Shown: positions 1 to 11,228, counted from the first letter of the stretch. The stretch is 64,000 bases of DNA from a bacterium (GCA_963681965.1 OY820579.1:480001-544000); one strand, 5' to 3'. Made by a program: numbers and translations. Notes: a model not told the origin generated them from the letters alone.

Positions 1-1
1 A

Positions 2-1990
2 TCATCAATTCAGGCAGATACGATCTGGGGCAATGTCTTCCAAAACATACGGTCATGCGGTAGTGCGACTGCAACCTACGCTGTAGCGATTTCGCTGATA
101 CAACCGAATAGCGGGCTCTTCAGCAACTTCAATATTCTAGCTGTACCGATCGAATCCACGCATCCCAATCAATGTTTGATTCTCGATCGCAGTTCCAATA
201 CTCGTATATCCTCATTGAATGATCTGAACAATACCTTCTGGTCGAATAACGAACACGATTCCTATACCGGTACCGTTCCATTTATCTCAGACACGAATCT
301 GCATGTGCAACCGAGTGTTCCAACATTTATCGAGCACAATGCCAGCTGGCGGTCGGATGTGCTGCGCGATTTCGATAACGAGTTACGAACAACTCCGCGG
401 TGCGATATCGGTGCCGATGAAGGGGTTTTCACGGCAATTCCGCTGGTTACCATTAGCGGCTCGGTACGGGATTCCATCAATACTACGCCACCACTGGCTG
501 GAGCTACTGTCCGAGTCGGCAACCGCACGAGTATCACCGCGAGTGACGGTAGATTTTCGATCTCCATTCCCGCAGGTCGTTATACGGTCACTTCCTCAAA
601 GCCGTGTTTTCAGACCGATACGGTAACATTAAACATCTATTCCGACATGGTTGTCAACCGATATCTCCTGCACCCGGTCATGCAGCCTGATCAATCGTCG
701 CTCGAATTAGTCGCGACAGTGGGGCAGACAATTCCTACAGCCATTACCCTAACCAATACCGGTTCTTCACCGTTGTACTGGCGAGGACGAATCCGGATGA
801 ATCCACCATCGTCCGACCGACTGCTACGTTCCACGATGTCTTCGATTAAGTTGTCTGGTCAAGCGGATGCGCCAACAATTTCCTCGATCGATCAAACGTG
901 GGGACCCGATGGTTACGGGTATGTGGCGAGAGACAATCGCGAACCGGGATTTCCGCAATTCCTTGAGTTTCGCGATATCTCCAGTGTCGGTACGACTATT
1001 CTCAATGGCGACGATCAAGCGATTGCGGTTGCATTGAACAATTTCGAGTTCTCTTACTATCATCGCCCGATCAATCAGATGTGGGTTTGTACGAATGGCT
1101 TTGTTCAATTAGGGAACTCGGTCGGATCGGTTTCTTCATTCAATCCACCGTTGCCGAATGGTTATACCGTCAATGGAGTATTTGTATTGCAAACCGACTT
1201 GATCGCCACGGTAACCACGTATTTCGATGTCTATCACAACATCTACTATGTGCAGTGGTCGGGAAATATTGCCAACTACAATAATGATCGGGTGCAGTTT
1301 CAATTACAACTTCATGGCGACAATAATGCGATCGTGATGGCTTATCAATCTGTCGTTGTCAACCATTTGAACGCGGTCATCGGAATTCAAGACAGTCTGG
1401 GTACTGCACGCCGGTACCTACAGTCGGGTTATAATATCAATCCGCGAACACCCTTGAATGGATATATTGTTTCATACAACGATTTGAATCCCGGGAACAA
1501 TGGTGGTTGGCAAACGTGGTTGCAACTGGTTGATCCGGATTCCGGACGATTGGATCCCCATCTTTCGACTCAAATTCAGTTGCAAGCCGTCATTCCCGAC
1601 ACAATCGCCCGACCTACCGTATTAACCGGTGAATTGCTGCTAACGGGAAATGTCTGTCCCACGGAAACATCGATTCCGATATCGATTACGGTATTAACTT
1701 CTGTTGCCGAAACTAGCGTTTTACCGACAGTCTTTAAATTGTATCAGAATTACCCGAATCCATTCAATCCATCCACTGAAATTCGGTTCGACTTGAAACA
1801 AGCCGGTCACACCCGGTTGATTGTCTTCAACACACTGGGTCGACAAGTTGCAGAACTGGTCAACCAATCGCTACCAGCAGGTTTCCATTCGATCCAATTT
1901 GACGGTTCTCAACTTGCGAATGGGGTGTATTTCTATCGCATCGAGAGTGGTTCATTCCGCGACCTTAAAAAGATGATACTGGTTAAATAA
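2..1990 (+). CDS. Secreted T9SS C-terminal-domain protein with carboxypeptidase-regulatory-like Ig domain (5' partial)
   Basis: Frame is open from position 2. Contains CDIGADE, ISGSVRDS..PLAGATVRV (CarboxypepD_reg-like) and a C-terminal LYQNYPNPFNPSTEIRF...KKMILVK. Confidence 0.8.
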   Translation, partial: SSIQADTIWGNVFQNIRSCGSATATYAVAISLIQPNSGLFSNFNILAVPIESTHPNQCLILDRSSNTRISSLNDLNNTFWSNNEHDSYTGTVPFISDTNLHVQPSVPTFIEHNASWRSDVLRDFDNELRTTPRCDIGADEGVFTAIPLVTISGSVRDSINTTPPLAGATVRVGNRTSITASDGRFSISIPAGRYTVTSSKPCFQTDTVTLNIYSDMVVNRYLLHPVMQPDQSSLELVATVGQTIPTAITLTNTGSSPLYWRGRIRMNPPSSDRLLRSTMSSIKLSGQADAPTISSIDQTWGPDGYGYVARDNREPGFPQFLEFRDISSVGTTILNGDDQAIAVALNNFEFSYYHRPINQMWVCTNGFVQLGNSVGSVSSFNPPLPNGYTVNGVFVLQTDLIATVTTYFDVYHNIYYVQWSGNIANYNNDRVQFQLQLHGDNNAIVMAYQSVVVNHLNAVIGIQDSLGTARRYLQSGYNINPRTPLNGYIVSYNDLNPGNNGGWQTWLQLVDPDSGRLDPHLSTQIQLQAVIPDTIARPTVLTGELLLTGNVCPTETSIPISITVLTSVAETSVLPTVFKLYQNYPNPFNPSTEIRFDLKQAGHTRLIVFNTLGRQVAELVNQSLPAGFHSIQFDGSQLANGVYFYRIESGSFRDLKKMILVK

Positions 1991-2017
1991 ATACGATCCG
2001 ATTCGCGATCATAAAAT

Positions 2018-2052
2018 AAATCGTCTCCAGATCGCTCTGGAGACGATTTTTT
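2018..2052. terminator. Probable bidirectional intrinsic terminator
   Basis: AAATCGTCTCCAGA-TCGC-TCTGGAGACGATTT followed by T tract, between convergent genes. Confidence 0.8.
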
Positions 2053-2072
2053 CAATCATAATCCGATGTATT

Positions 2073-2594
2073 CTAGAGATCCAAATTCGCCGGTTCGAAG
2101 TACTCGCGCGGATGTTTGCAGCAGGGGCATTTCAACGGTGGCTCTTTGCCTTCATGGATATAACCGCATACCGCACACTTCCAGGTAATCGGAGACTCGC
2201 GTTTCCAGAGCGTTCCTGCCTCAAGCATCTCCAACAGTTTCTCATATCGTTTGCGATGGTGATCTTCGATTTTGGCGATCGTCTTGAACAAGATTGCTGC
2301 GTCACGATTTCCCTCGGCTTCGGCATCTTTCGCAAATTGCGGATACATTTCCGTGGTTTCGTAGGCTTCTCCGGCGATTGCTTCGCGGAGGTTCGCAGCA
2401 GTTTCGCCGATTCCGTTCAGCATGCGAAATTCATCTTTAGCGTGACGCATTTCGTTATCGGCAGTCTCTTCAAAAATTTTCGCTACATAATGCAGTCCCT
2501 CTTTTCGCGCTACTGCGGCAAAATAGGTATACTTGTTTCTTGCCTGCGATTCTCCCGCAAATGCTGCTTTTAAATTTTCTTCAGTTTTACTCAT
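2073..2594 (-). CDS. rbr: Rubrerythrin
   Basis: NLKAAFAGESQA, ExxH di-iron motifs, C-terminal WKCAVCGY...CPCC rubredoxin-like domain. Confidence 0.93.
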   Translation of the reverse strand: MSKTEENLKAAFAGESQARNKYTYFAAVARKEGLHYVAKIFEETADNEMRHAKDEFRMLNGIGETAANLREAIAGEAYETTEMYPQFAKDAEAEGNRDAAILFKTIAKIEDHHRKRYEKLLEMLEAGTLWKRESPITWKCAVCGYIHEGKEPPLKCPCCKHPREYFEPANLDL

Positions 2595-2636
2595 ATCGGT
2601 CTCCTTAGCAAATATTGTTCGATCGGGTTGGAAATA

Positions 2637-4580
2637 TCATCGACTTCGGTTGATATTCTCCAAATTGCTAATAATGTTCCCTTGATATTGATCGCGGATA
2701 TCGCGGATCAAGTCGCGGTTTTCATCGATTTTTGCTTGTAGTTGTTTCAGTTTATCTTTTTCCGCTTTTGTTAGCGGCTTTCCTTCCATGTGCACTGGAT
2801 GCATGTTGATTTCACGCATTTGTTGTTGAATCACTTCGATTTCGTCAAGGACCCCACTGATTTGCAAATTCTTATCCTGAACACTCTGCACGATGGCAAC
2901 CGCCATGGCGTACTGAGCATCGTCGATCCCTTTGGCTAGCAGTGATGCTTTGTCCATCTGCGCAATCGTGGTAAGCATCTTGATGTCGGAATAGTCAATT
3001 TCCGGGTGTCCGGCGTCGGATTTCTTTACTTGCTTTCCCTTGGTCTTCGGTACTGCATGTAACGATTTTTTCCGATCTTTCGCCGCTTGAATTAATGCCG
3101 TGAAAATGGGATTCTTTTCCGGTCCGAATTCGGGATGGTATTGGACACCGAGATGAAAACGATGTGTTTTCAATTCCATCGTCTCGATCAAATTGGTTTT
3201 TTCGTCGCGACCTGAAACAATAAAGTCTTTGGTTTTGAAATCGGGTGAAATTTCATACCGATGCCGGTGGCGCTGCACGATCCGGTTGGAACCGTAGATG
3301 CGCGATACGATCGTATCGGGTTTGAATACTGTCGTCCAATTACCCAAACGCGCCGTACCGCCCAAGTTCTTCGATTTCTTCTGTTCTTCCTGCAATTTTA
3401 CTACCGGATAGGGGGTGTTGGGATCGAATTCGGTACTGTTAGCGTTCTTCATTCCCAATACATTTCTCGCATATTCAATCAGCAGAATTTGCAGACCCAG
3501 ACAAATTCCTAGTACCGGTATTTGCGATTCCCGGCAGATGCGTGCCGTTTCGACCATCTCCTCGATACCGCGCTTACCCCAACCTCCCGGAATAATCACC
3601 GCATCGAAATTCTCCAATCCTGCAGGTGACTCCATGAATGTAACGGAATGCACGCCATTCATTTTCAACTGCTGCATAATGGAAACATACGCATCGGGGT
3701 GCGAATACTTTCCGACCATCGCGATCTTGATCTCTTTCGGTTCGGCAAAGCGGTGATACCAATCATCCAATTTATCGACAGTCGATTTAATCTTCATCGT
3801 ATTCATGATGTATAAATCGATTTTTACCGAGCGAAGATAGCGCGGTAGTTCGTATTCGTTGTCCAGATCCGGTACGCAAAAAGTCGCTTCTTTGGGAACC
3901 TCGCAGAACAATCGGATTTTATTGAGTTGGTAGTCGGGGATCGAATCGATATCGGTAGTTCGAGCAATGATAATATCTGCCTTCAAACCTTTGCTGCGGA
4001 GTTCATGAACCGATCGTTGGCAACCCATGGTTTTAATCTCACCGACATTCATCAGGAATGGGAAGTGCGACAACAGTACAAACATGCAATTACTGCTTCC
4101 CAGCTCCGAGATCAGTTGACGGCAGGCTTCGAGAAAGTAAATTCCTTTGATGTCGCCGATCGTTGCCCCTAACTCTACAATCCCGACATCGCATTGCGAA
4201 GCGAAATTGCGGATCCGGTCCTTGATTTCATCGATAACGTGTTCGACCGAAACGGTTTTGCCAAGATACTTTCCGGCTCGTTCATTCAAATAAACCTGAT
4301 GGAACACCCGACCGGAAGTGAGATAGTCTAGAGTATTGCATTCCTGACCGAGAAAGCGTTCGTAGATTCCGAGATCCTGATCGGTCTCGGTACCGTCGGC
4401 TAGGACATATACTTCGCCATGCTCCCCGGGATTAATCGTACCGGCATCGTAATTGTAGTAAAGATCGCATTTCATTACGCGAGTATCGATCGAACGGGAC
4501 TTAAAGACACGACCAAGTGAAGCGGCAAATGTCCCCTTACCCAGACCGGAAAAATCGGATGCGACGAAGATCAATTTCAT
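2637..4580 (-). CDS. pyrG: CTP synthase, divergent, with ~140-aa C-terminal extension
   Basis: SGLGKG, GEHGEVYVLADGTETDQDLGIYERF, GATase GICLG, RHRHRYE and QYHPEF. Confidence 0.85.
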   Translation of the reverse strand: MKLIFVASDFSGLGKGTFAASLGRVFKSRSIDTRVMKCDLYYNYDAGTINPGEHGEVYVLADGTETDQDLGIYERFLGQECNTLDYLTSGRVFHQVYLNERAGKYLGKTVSVEHVIDEIKDRIRNFASQCDVGIVELGATIGDIKGIYFLEACRQLISELGSSNCMFVLLSHFPFLMNVGEIKTMGCQRSVHELRSKGLKADIIIARTTDIDSIPDYQLNKIRLFCEVPKEATFCVPDLDNEYELPRYLRSVKIDLYIMNTMKIKSTVDKLDDWYHRFAEPKEIKIAMVGKYSHPDAYVSIMQQLKMNGVHSVTFMESPAGLENFDAVIIPGGWGKRGIEEMVETARICRESQIPVLGICLGLQILLIEYARNVLGMKNANSTEFDPNTPYPVVKLQEEQKKSKNLGGTARLGNWTTVFKPDTIVSRIYGSNRIVQRHRHRYEISPDFKTKDFIVSGRDEKTNLIETMELKTHRFHLGVQYHPEFGPEKNPIFTALIQAAKDRKKSLHAVPKTKGKQVKKSDAGHPEIDYSDIKMLTTIAQMDKASLLAKGIDDAQYAMAVAIVQSVQDKNLQISGVLDEIEVIQQQMREINMHPVHMEGKPLTKAEKDKLKQLQAKIDENRDLIRDIRDQYQGNIISNLENINRSR

Positions 4581-4809
4581 GAGGCACTCCCTGCAGACTA
4601 TATGCGATCAGATAAAGATCGAAGTGTGGAGAATTTTCGGTTAAAGGTACTCTTTAGCGATGATAGTTTGCAAACGCTTCACCTAAAAATGATAACTCGT
4701 GTAGAATTCGAAGATCGATCATTTCGATCAGATTGATCGGTAACTAAACACCGTGGTTGTATTCAGTTTGATCCAATTTCGATAAAATGTGATGGTATTG
4801 CTTGTAGAA

Positions 4810-7100
4810 TCAAATTGATTCTTGCCGATCAAGTATTTCTCGAACTTTTGAGGTTAATTCCTTCATTGAAAACGGTTTCTGAATTAAATCAATTCCGGAA
4901 TCCAAGATTCCATGATTGGCAATCACATCAGCTGTATACCCCGACATGTACAATAATTTGAGATTTGGGTGATTGAGCAGTAAGCTATTCGCTAAATCCA
5001 GACCGTTCATTTCCGGCATCACGACATCAGTTACCAGTAAATGAATTTCGCGTCCACAATCTTTGGCTATTTTCAACGCTTCGATCGGATTGTCAGCCGT
5101 AAGAACGGTATAACCGTTTTTGGCGAGCATTGCTGCGGCTAACCGAATAATTGCCGGTTCATCCTCGACCAACAATATCGTTTCTTTTCCTTGCTTTATC
5201 TGCTCCGAAATTGGTTCACTTCCAGTTAAAACGGTATTATTGATATACCGTGGAAAATAAACCTTGATGGTCGTTCCAGTACTCAGTTCACTAACAAAAT
5301 TGATAAATCCCTTATTCTGTTTTACTGCTCCATAGACTGTTGCCAGTCCAAGCCCTGTTCCTTTTCCCATCTCCTTTGTCGTAAAATGGTTCGAATATAT
5401 GCGCTTGATGTTTTTTATCAATTCCCGTTCCATTGTCGGTAACAGATAACATCACAAATTCTCCGGGTAAATAATCGGCATGATCGCTACAAAATGCCTC
5501 ATCGAAAACGCAATTTGTCGTTTCGATTGTCACTGCGCCGACATCAATTATGGCATCGCGTGAATTCACACACAGATTGGTTAAAATTTGATCAATTTGC
5601 GATGGATCCACTCGAACTTGCCATAAACTTGCTCCGGGTTTCCAGAGTAAGGCAATATCCTCGCCGATGAGACGGCTCAACATTTTCAAAGTACTTTCTA
5701 CTGTCTCATTCAGATCTAGAATTTTGGGTAAAATGATTTGTTTTCGAGCGAATGCTAGCAATTGTCGGGTTAAATCCGCCGACCGATTAGCCGATTTCCG
5801 AATCTCCACCAAATCGTTATTCAGCGGAAGATTGGGATCGACTTGACTCATTGCCAATTCGGAGTGACCGAGAATTACTCCAAGCATATTATTGAAATCG
5901 TGCGCAACTCCACCCGCCAATCTTCCCACCGATTCCAATTTCATCGCTTGTTGAAGCTGTAATTCGAGGCGATCTCGTTCCTGTTCAGCACGCTTCTGTT
6001 CGGATATATCGAAAAATGACACCAGCATACAACGCTTCGATCCGATATCGAGCAATTCACCCGAAGCAAGGATGGTAATTAATTCGCCGGACTTATTTTT
6101 TATCGTCATTTCAATATTGTGCACCGAACCGTTCGTTAGCAGTTCATTGACAAAATTGTGACGATCTTCCGCTGAACACCAAATTCCCAGTTCCAGGGTT
6201 GTACGCCCAATTGCTTCTTCCCGGCTAAACCCCATTGTAGAGCGATAACTATCGTTGATTTCGATTAATCGACCGGTTTCCAGATCGGTGATCGAGAATA
6301 CTTGTGGGCTGGAACGAAATGCTTTCGCGAACTTATCTTCGGATGCACGCAATTCTTCTTCGGCATGTTTGCGCTCGGTAATATCGATGATAATGGGCAG
6401 AAAAAGCTGTGGTTTTCCTCGATCGTCAGATAACAAGATTAGGTTCAATTCACCCCAAACGATTTTCCCATCTTTCCGGATATACCGTTTTACAACATTA
6501 ACCTGATTTACTTCTCCGGCTACCAGTTTTTTTATTTCGTCAATACCGATATCGCGATCTTCCGGATGGGTGAATTCCAAGAAAGATTTTCCAATTATCT
6601 CTTCTTCGGGATAGCCCCAAAAGTCGCAAAACACTTTATTACATCGAACAAATCGAAAGTCCAGACTCACCATTCCAGCACATACCGGTGATAAATCGAA
6701 GGTTCTGCGAAACAACTCTTCGCTGTGATACAAGGCATCTTCTGCTCGTTTTCGTTCGGTAATATCGCGGATAAAGCTAACTAATCGACCATCGTCGATT
6801 TGCTGGTACAATACGCTAACTTCCACACGAAGATCTGACCATTTTTTCGTCGATGTTTTGTTTCAAATCGATCACGACCGATAGTTAAAATATTTTGGAT
6901 TGGATTTTCGGTCCAATTTGTACTCGGGCGATCGGGATATTCTGATTGATAAGTCGATCAAAGCGGATTTCATGAAGATTAATGAGATTTCGTGATTGCA
7001 TGACCTTTATAAAATGTGCATTAGCTGGACTGACGGTCACCCAAAGAAGAGTGACAATTGCGATCGTATGAAGCCGATTTAGCAATAATTTACCGAGCAT
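4810..7100 (-). pseudogene. PAS-domain hybrid sensor histidine kinase/response regulator, frameshifted
   Basis: PAS repeats, H-box GGVAHDFNN, HATPase and receiver LLVTDVVMP are split over ORFs 5312..6826 and 4810..5433. The frame breaks at EPF/FTTK (~5385) and again near 6830 (RRKNGQIF/VEVS). Confidence 0.8.
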
Positions 7101-7535
7101 ACTTTATCTCTAATAAATTAGTTCTTTACGACATACCACGTAACCAAACAGAAGGAGAGCAAACGCCGAAATAATTTTGTTAACGTCACGGACAGGATTT
7201 CAGAATTGTCGTTGGGGGGATAGGTCATAATAACGATACATATTGATATTGTCAATCTGTGTAAGGATAGAATCTCAAAATAATACTTTCAATCGTTTCG
7301 ATCTTGAGGAAGAATCTCACTTTTCGCGGCATCTTCGCTGAGATACTCATTCGTCAAAATTTCTCATTCCATGTTCTATCTCATTGCATGTGCAGAGTAT
7401 AACATTGTGAATTACTACCACTTGAACGTTTCAAGTGACAAGTGTGTCGAAAGATCAGACTGAAGATCACAGTTATCCTCAAAAAATTTCTTCAGTGGGA
7501 TAGAGGTACTTATTCCGGTTACGGATCAAAAACAA

Positions 7536-8114
7536 TTGTTAGCAGAGCTGCGAACCGGCTCTGAAACAGCTTTTCGGAAATTGGTCGACGATAATGTCCA
7601 CCAAGTCACGAATTTGTGCTATCGTTTTGTTCAAAACCGTAAAGATGCTGAAGATTTAGCGCAAGACACCTTCACTGAAGTCTATTTCGCGTTATCCAAA
7701 TTTCGAGGTGATTCGGCTCTATCAACTTGGATTCACCAAATCGCCGTGCGAAAATCGCTCGATCATCTTCGCAGTCAAAGCCGTCAAAAGCGCAAAGGGT
7801 ATCTCACTCGGCTTTTTACTGGTGACCGCGATGATCACGACGATCCGGGCATCGATCTTCCATCCACCTCCAATCCTGAGGAAGAGGTTGAACTTGCCGA
7901 ATGTCGTTTCGTACTTCAGTCTGCTCTCGAAAAATTACCTAAAAATCAGCATATTGCCTTTGTTTTAAGTAAAATGGATGGCTTATCTTATGAGGAGATT
8001 GCGCAGATTCTTGAAACCACGGTATCGTCGGTTACTTCGCTCATTCATCGCGCAAAGAAAAGCTTGTACTCAGATTTAAAGCATTATTACTTAACATCCG
8101 ATAAAGGGTTATAG
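7536..8114 (+). CDS. ECF sigma-70 factor
   Basis: DAEDLAQDTF, FRGDSALSTWIHQIA, region 4 GLSYEEIAQILETTVSSVTSLIHRAKK. The true start may lie a few codons upstream. Confidence 0.92.
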   Translation: MLAELRTGSETAFRKLVDDNVHQVTNLCYRFVQNRKDAEDLAQDTFTEVYFALSKFRGDSALSTWIHQIAVRKSLDHLRSQSRQKRKGYLTRLFTGDRDDHDDPGIDLPSTSNPEEEVELAECRFVLQSALEKLPKNQHIAFVLSKMDGLSYEEIAQILETTVSSVTSLIHRAKKSLYSDLKHYYLTSDKGL

Positions 8115-8167
8115 GGTAATTTGCAAGGTCTCATGGAATTAATCGTCTAATAATGTGAATACAGGAA

Positions 8168-8527
8168 GTGGCTGAAATGCAATCGACTGATCGCGACAAT
8201 ATCGCTCATCGTAAAGTGGAAAAAACATTGTCTTCACTTGATCGGATCCCCGATCTAGCAGTCAATCCTTTTTTCTACACCCGATTGCGTCAAGCAATTT
8301 CCGAGCAGGAATCGGAACGTGCCGGATGGCTATATCGCGTTACCAACGGCTATCGAATGCTACCGGTTGCAATCGGTCTCATCTTGATTCTAAATGTGGT
8401 CACACTGACTGTATTCCTCCAATTTCAACAAACTTCTCGCGAAAATCAGACGAATATCGTCGATGACGTTGTTCGGGAATATTCACTGACATCATGGAAT
8501 TTTTCCGATAATCGCGATGGGGGTTGA
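8168..8527 (+). CDS. Putative anti-sigma factor (single TM)
   Basis: Follows the ECF sigma; NPFFYTRL motif and one hydrophobic helix. Confidence 0.65.
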   Translation: MAEMQSTDRDNIAHRKVEKTLSSLDRIPDLAVNPFFYTRLRQAISEQESERAGWLYRVTNGYRMLPVAIGLILILNVVTLTVFLQFQQTSRENQTNIVDDVVREYSLTSWNFSDNRDGG

Positions 8528-8531
8528 ATGA

Positions 8532-9083
8532 ATGGATCGAAATCGAATGAATAAATTATTGGTAGGATCTATCCTTGCGTTAGTGCTAGTCAATATCGCT
8601 TCACTTGGTGGATTGTGGTACGTACTGAGCCAACGACAACAATATCCGCCTCCGCCGATGCATAACGAGGGTCAGTTCGAAGATCGGTTCGGCATGGAAC
8701 TCGGATTATCCGAACCGCAATTGCAACAATTCCGCGAGCTGGAAAACAAGCATCACCGCAACACCGACAGTATCAACGTCGAGTTGTATCAAGTGCGATC
8801 GAAGATATTAGCTGAATTGAAACAAGCTGTTCCAGACACGAACAAGTTGACTGCATATACCGAGCAGATCGGTATCCTTCAAATTAAATTCGAGCGTAAG
8901 GTACTCTCTCATTTTCTACAAGTGAAAGCGATGCTCAAACCGGAGCAGTTTGACCGATTCTGCTCGATTTTAAATCAAATGGTTCTTTCGATGCATAACG
9001 GTATGCCGCCGAATAGTAGGATGCCGAATTTCCCGCAGCATGGTCAATCGCCAGGCGCTCCACCACCCGACCCAACACGATGA
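8532..9083 (+). CDS. Spy/CpxP-like periplasmic heavy-metal-sensor family protein
   Basis: N-terminal TM, ELGLSEPQ and LKPEQ (LTxxQ-like) motifs, helical, typical third gene of this ECF triad. Confidence 0.75.
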   Translation: MDRNRMNKLLVGSILALVLVNIASLGGLWYVLSQRQQYPPPPMHNEGQFEDRFGMELGLSEPQLQQFRELENKHHRNTDSINVELYQVRSKILAELKQAVPDTNKLTAYTEQIGILQIKFERKVLSHFLQVKAMLKPEQFDRFCSILNQMVLSMHNGMPPNSRMPNFPQHGQSPGAPPPDPTR

Positions 9084-9102
9084 CAAGTTCTTCGACAAAA
9101 CC

Positions 9103-9126
9103 AACCGGGGCAACCCGGTTTTTTTT
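9103..9126 (+). terminator. Intrinsic terminator of ECF operon
   Basis: AACCGGG-GCAA-CCCGGTT followed by T run. Confidence 0.8.
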
Positions 9127-9347
9127 CCATTAACCTTCCAACCATCATTAACTGCATAATCCCAACGCTTCATAAAAGTCGCGCAAGGTTTTCGACACAA
9201 TATCGTCTAACAAATATCTGACCAACAATCTCAGTAGATCGGACCCAAACATTCCGAAACCCTCAGCTATTTGGACGTGATCGATACGTCGTTGATCTGA
9301 TACCAAGAATCGACCTCGCATCGATGAACCGATATAAGGAATCGTCA

Positions 9348-10391
9348 ATGTCGCAAGACTGGAGTTACAATCGCATCTGGACACTAGCCAATAGTTATAT
9401 GGAGTCCAGGATTCTGTTGACGGGATTTGAAATCGGTTTATTCGATCTTCTCGCCATCAATTCATTGACCGTGGAAGAGGTGGCACTGCGGTACCGAACA
9501 AGTGCGCGAAAGATTGCTATTTTTCTCGATGCTCTAACCGCAATGGGCGTACTAATTTACGAGAGTGGTACTTATCGATGCGATCCATCGCTGGCGCCGG
9601 TAATTACCCGCGACGGAACATGTTCGGCAGCGTGGATGCTCCAACAGGTTTCTGCTAAATATTGCGAATGGGAAAAACTTTCTCGGTATGTGACCGTCGA
9701 TTTGACAACAGACGTTACCGATCAAACAGACACTGATTCAGGTGCGCACAAAGAAAAAAACAACGTCACTCAAATTGAATGGGATGGTGTGGTCGAACTG
9801 ATCAATCCACAAGAAGTCCGGCGACTGTTGATGATTGGAATTTCATCAGGTCGGTATTTGAAAGCATTCTTGAATTTCGTTCCCGGAATGAGTATCGCGG
9901 TTTCGGACGAGAAAAAGAAACTCGATTTCCTTCACCAAAGTTTAATCAACAACAATCTCAGCGAGCAACCAGTTGGATTCCGACACGATTTTCCGGCGTC
10001 ACCATTTAACATTCACCGGGTTACCTTCCAACCCTTGGATTTTCTAAAAAACGCTTTACCGCAAGAATTCAATCTGGCGTTTTTATCGTCTATTGTACAA
10101 AAATATTACTTTGCTCAGAACATCACTTTTTTGGGCAACGTGTATAAGTCACTCCTTCCCGGAGGGCGCATTATTATTCGCGAAGCGCTATGCGCTCCGG
10201 AACGAAACAGCAGCTATGCCAGCGCGATCTACGCGGTGAGCTCGATTGTCGAAACGCATGGGAAAACACCCTATACTTTCGAAGAAATTAAATCTGCGCT
10301 CGAACAATCAGGATTTGTCAGTGTAAAATTGTTGAATCCGGATTCTTGGATGGATTGCGTCATCGAAGCTTATAAGCCGATGGGATATTAA
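9348..10391 (+). CDS. O-methyltransferase family 2 protein (dimerisation domain), degenerate SAM motif
   Basis: SRILLTGFEIGLFDLL dimerisation domain; SLLPGGRIIIRE; motif I reads LLMIGISSG. Start chosen after AAGGA RBS. Confidence 0.7.
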   Translation: MSQDWSYNRIWTLANSYMESRILLTGFEIGLFDLLAINSLTVEEVALRYRTSARKIAIFLDALTAMGVLIYESGTYRCDPSLAPVITRDGTCSAAWMLQQVSAKYCEWEKLSRYVTVDLTTDVTDQTDTDSGAHKEKNNVTQIEWDGVVELINPQEVRRLLMIGISSGRYLKAFLNFVPGMSIAVSDEKKKLDFLHQSLINNNLSEQPVGFRHDFPASPFNIHRVTFQPLDFLKNALPQEFNLAFLSSIVQKYYFAQNITFLGNVYKSLLPGGRIIIREALCAPERNSSYASAIYAVSSIVETHGKTPYTFEEIKSALEQSGFVSVKLLNPDSWMDCVIEAYKPMGY

Positions 10392-10430
10392 TTCGAGTCG
10401 AAGCACTGTGACGGTAGGAAGGAATAAATC

Positions 10431-11228
10431 ATGTTAACCGGAAGACGGTCTGCAATTGGTATTGCGTTCCTTGTCGGGATTCTGCAGATAGCGCTGATGG
10501 GTTGCTCGAAATCGATCAAATATTATTCCGCATATAACCCGAACGACTACAAAATTGCGGCAGTTATTATACCGAGTGGACCCCAGCGTGAACTATTGGA
10601 TCGCTTATTCGATCAGATCGAAGAAGCACCATTTAAAGTCGTCTGGTTTCAGGAAAAAAGTCTTCGCAATTTACCGGGGATTGCTGCGATTTTGGATTCA
10701 ACGCACCGCATTACTCCTGAACTCGCAGCTCAAATTGCCAAATCGTGCAATGCGACTCTCGTGATCTATCAAGAACCGCAATTACCTATATCCAAATCTC
10801 ATCGACCACAACGTACCCAGCGCTCCGAAAGCGGTTCAACCCCTAATAATTTTGATTCGGATGCACCACCACCTGACGATTCGGAAACGGATCAACCGCC
10901 TGACGGTAAAGGCGAGAAACCGCAAGGCATGGGTGGTGGTCATCCGGGGGATTTCAGTGGCGGACAGCCGGGTGGAATGGGTGGACCCGGCGGAATGGGT
11001 CCTGGTGGTCAAGGCGGTAGTCGAGATGGAAAACGCGGCATGCCGGGGAGAGGTCCCGGTGGCATGGATCGGAAGAACCACCCCCGATCGGATGATCGAC
11101 CAATTCGCTTCAACGTAATCGATGTAACAAATGGATCGATGATCTGGCAACAAACAATCGAAGATGCGTCATCGAATTCCGAAATCAAGAAATTTGCCAA
11201 GCACCTTGTAACCGCTGGTAAACCTTGA
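10431..11228 (+). CDS. Hypothetical lipoprotein with Gly/Pro/Met-rich insert
   Basis: Lipobox LMGC; low-complexity GGMGGPGGMGPGG segment. Confidence 0.65.
   Translation: MLTGRRSAIGIAFLVGILQIALMGCSKSIKYYSAYNPNDYKIAAVIIPSGPQRELLDRLFDQIEEAPFKVVWFQEKSLRNLPGIAAILDSTHRITPELAAQIAKSCNATLVIYQEPQLPISKSHRPQRTQRSESGSTPNNFDSDAPPPDDSETDQPPDGKGEKPQGMGGGHPGDFSGGQPGGMGGPGGMGPGGQGGSRDGKRGMPGRGPGGMDRKNHPRSDDRPIRFNVIDVTNGSMIWQQTIEDASSNSEIKKFAKHLVTAGKP

Noticed and set aside
10860-11100. Gly-rich stretch as a DNA repeat element
   Set aside because: Low-complexity protein coding with varied codons and no nucleotide-level repeat unit.
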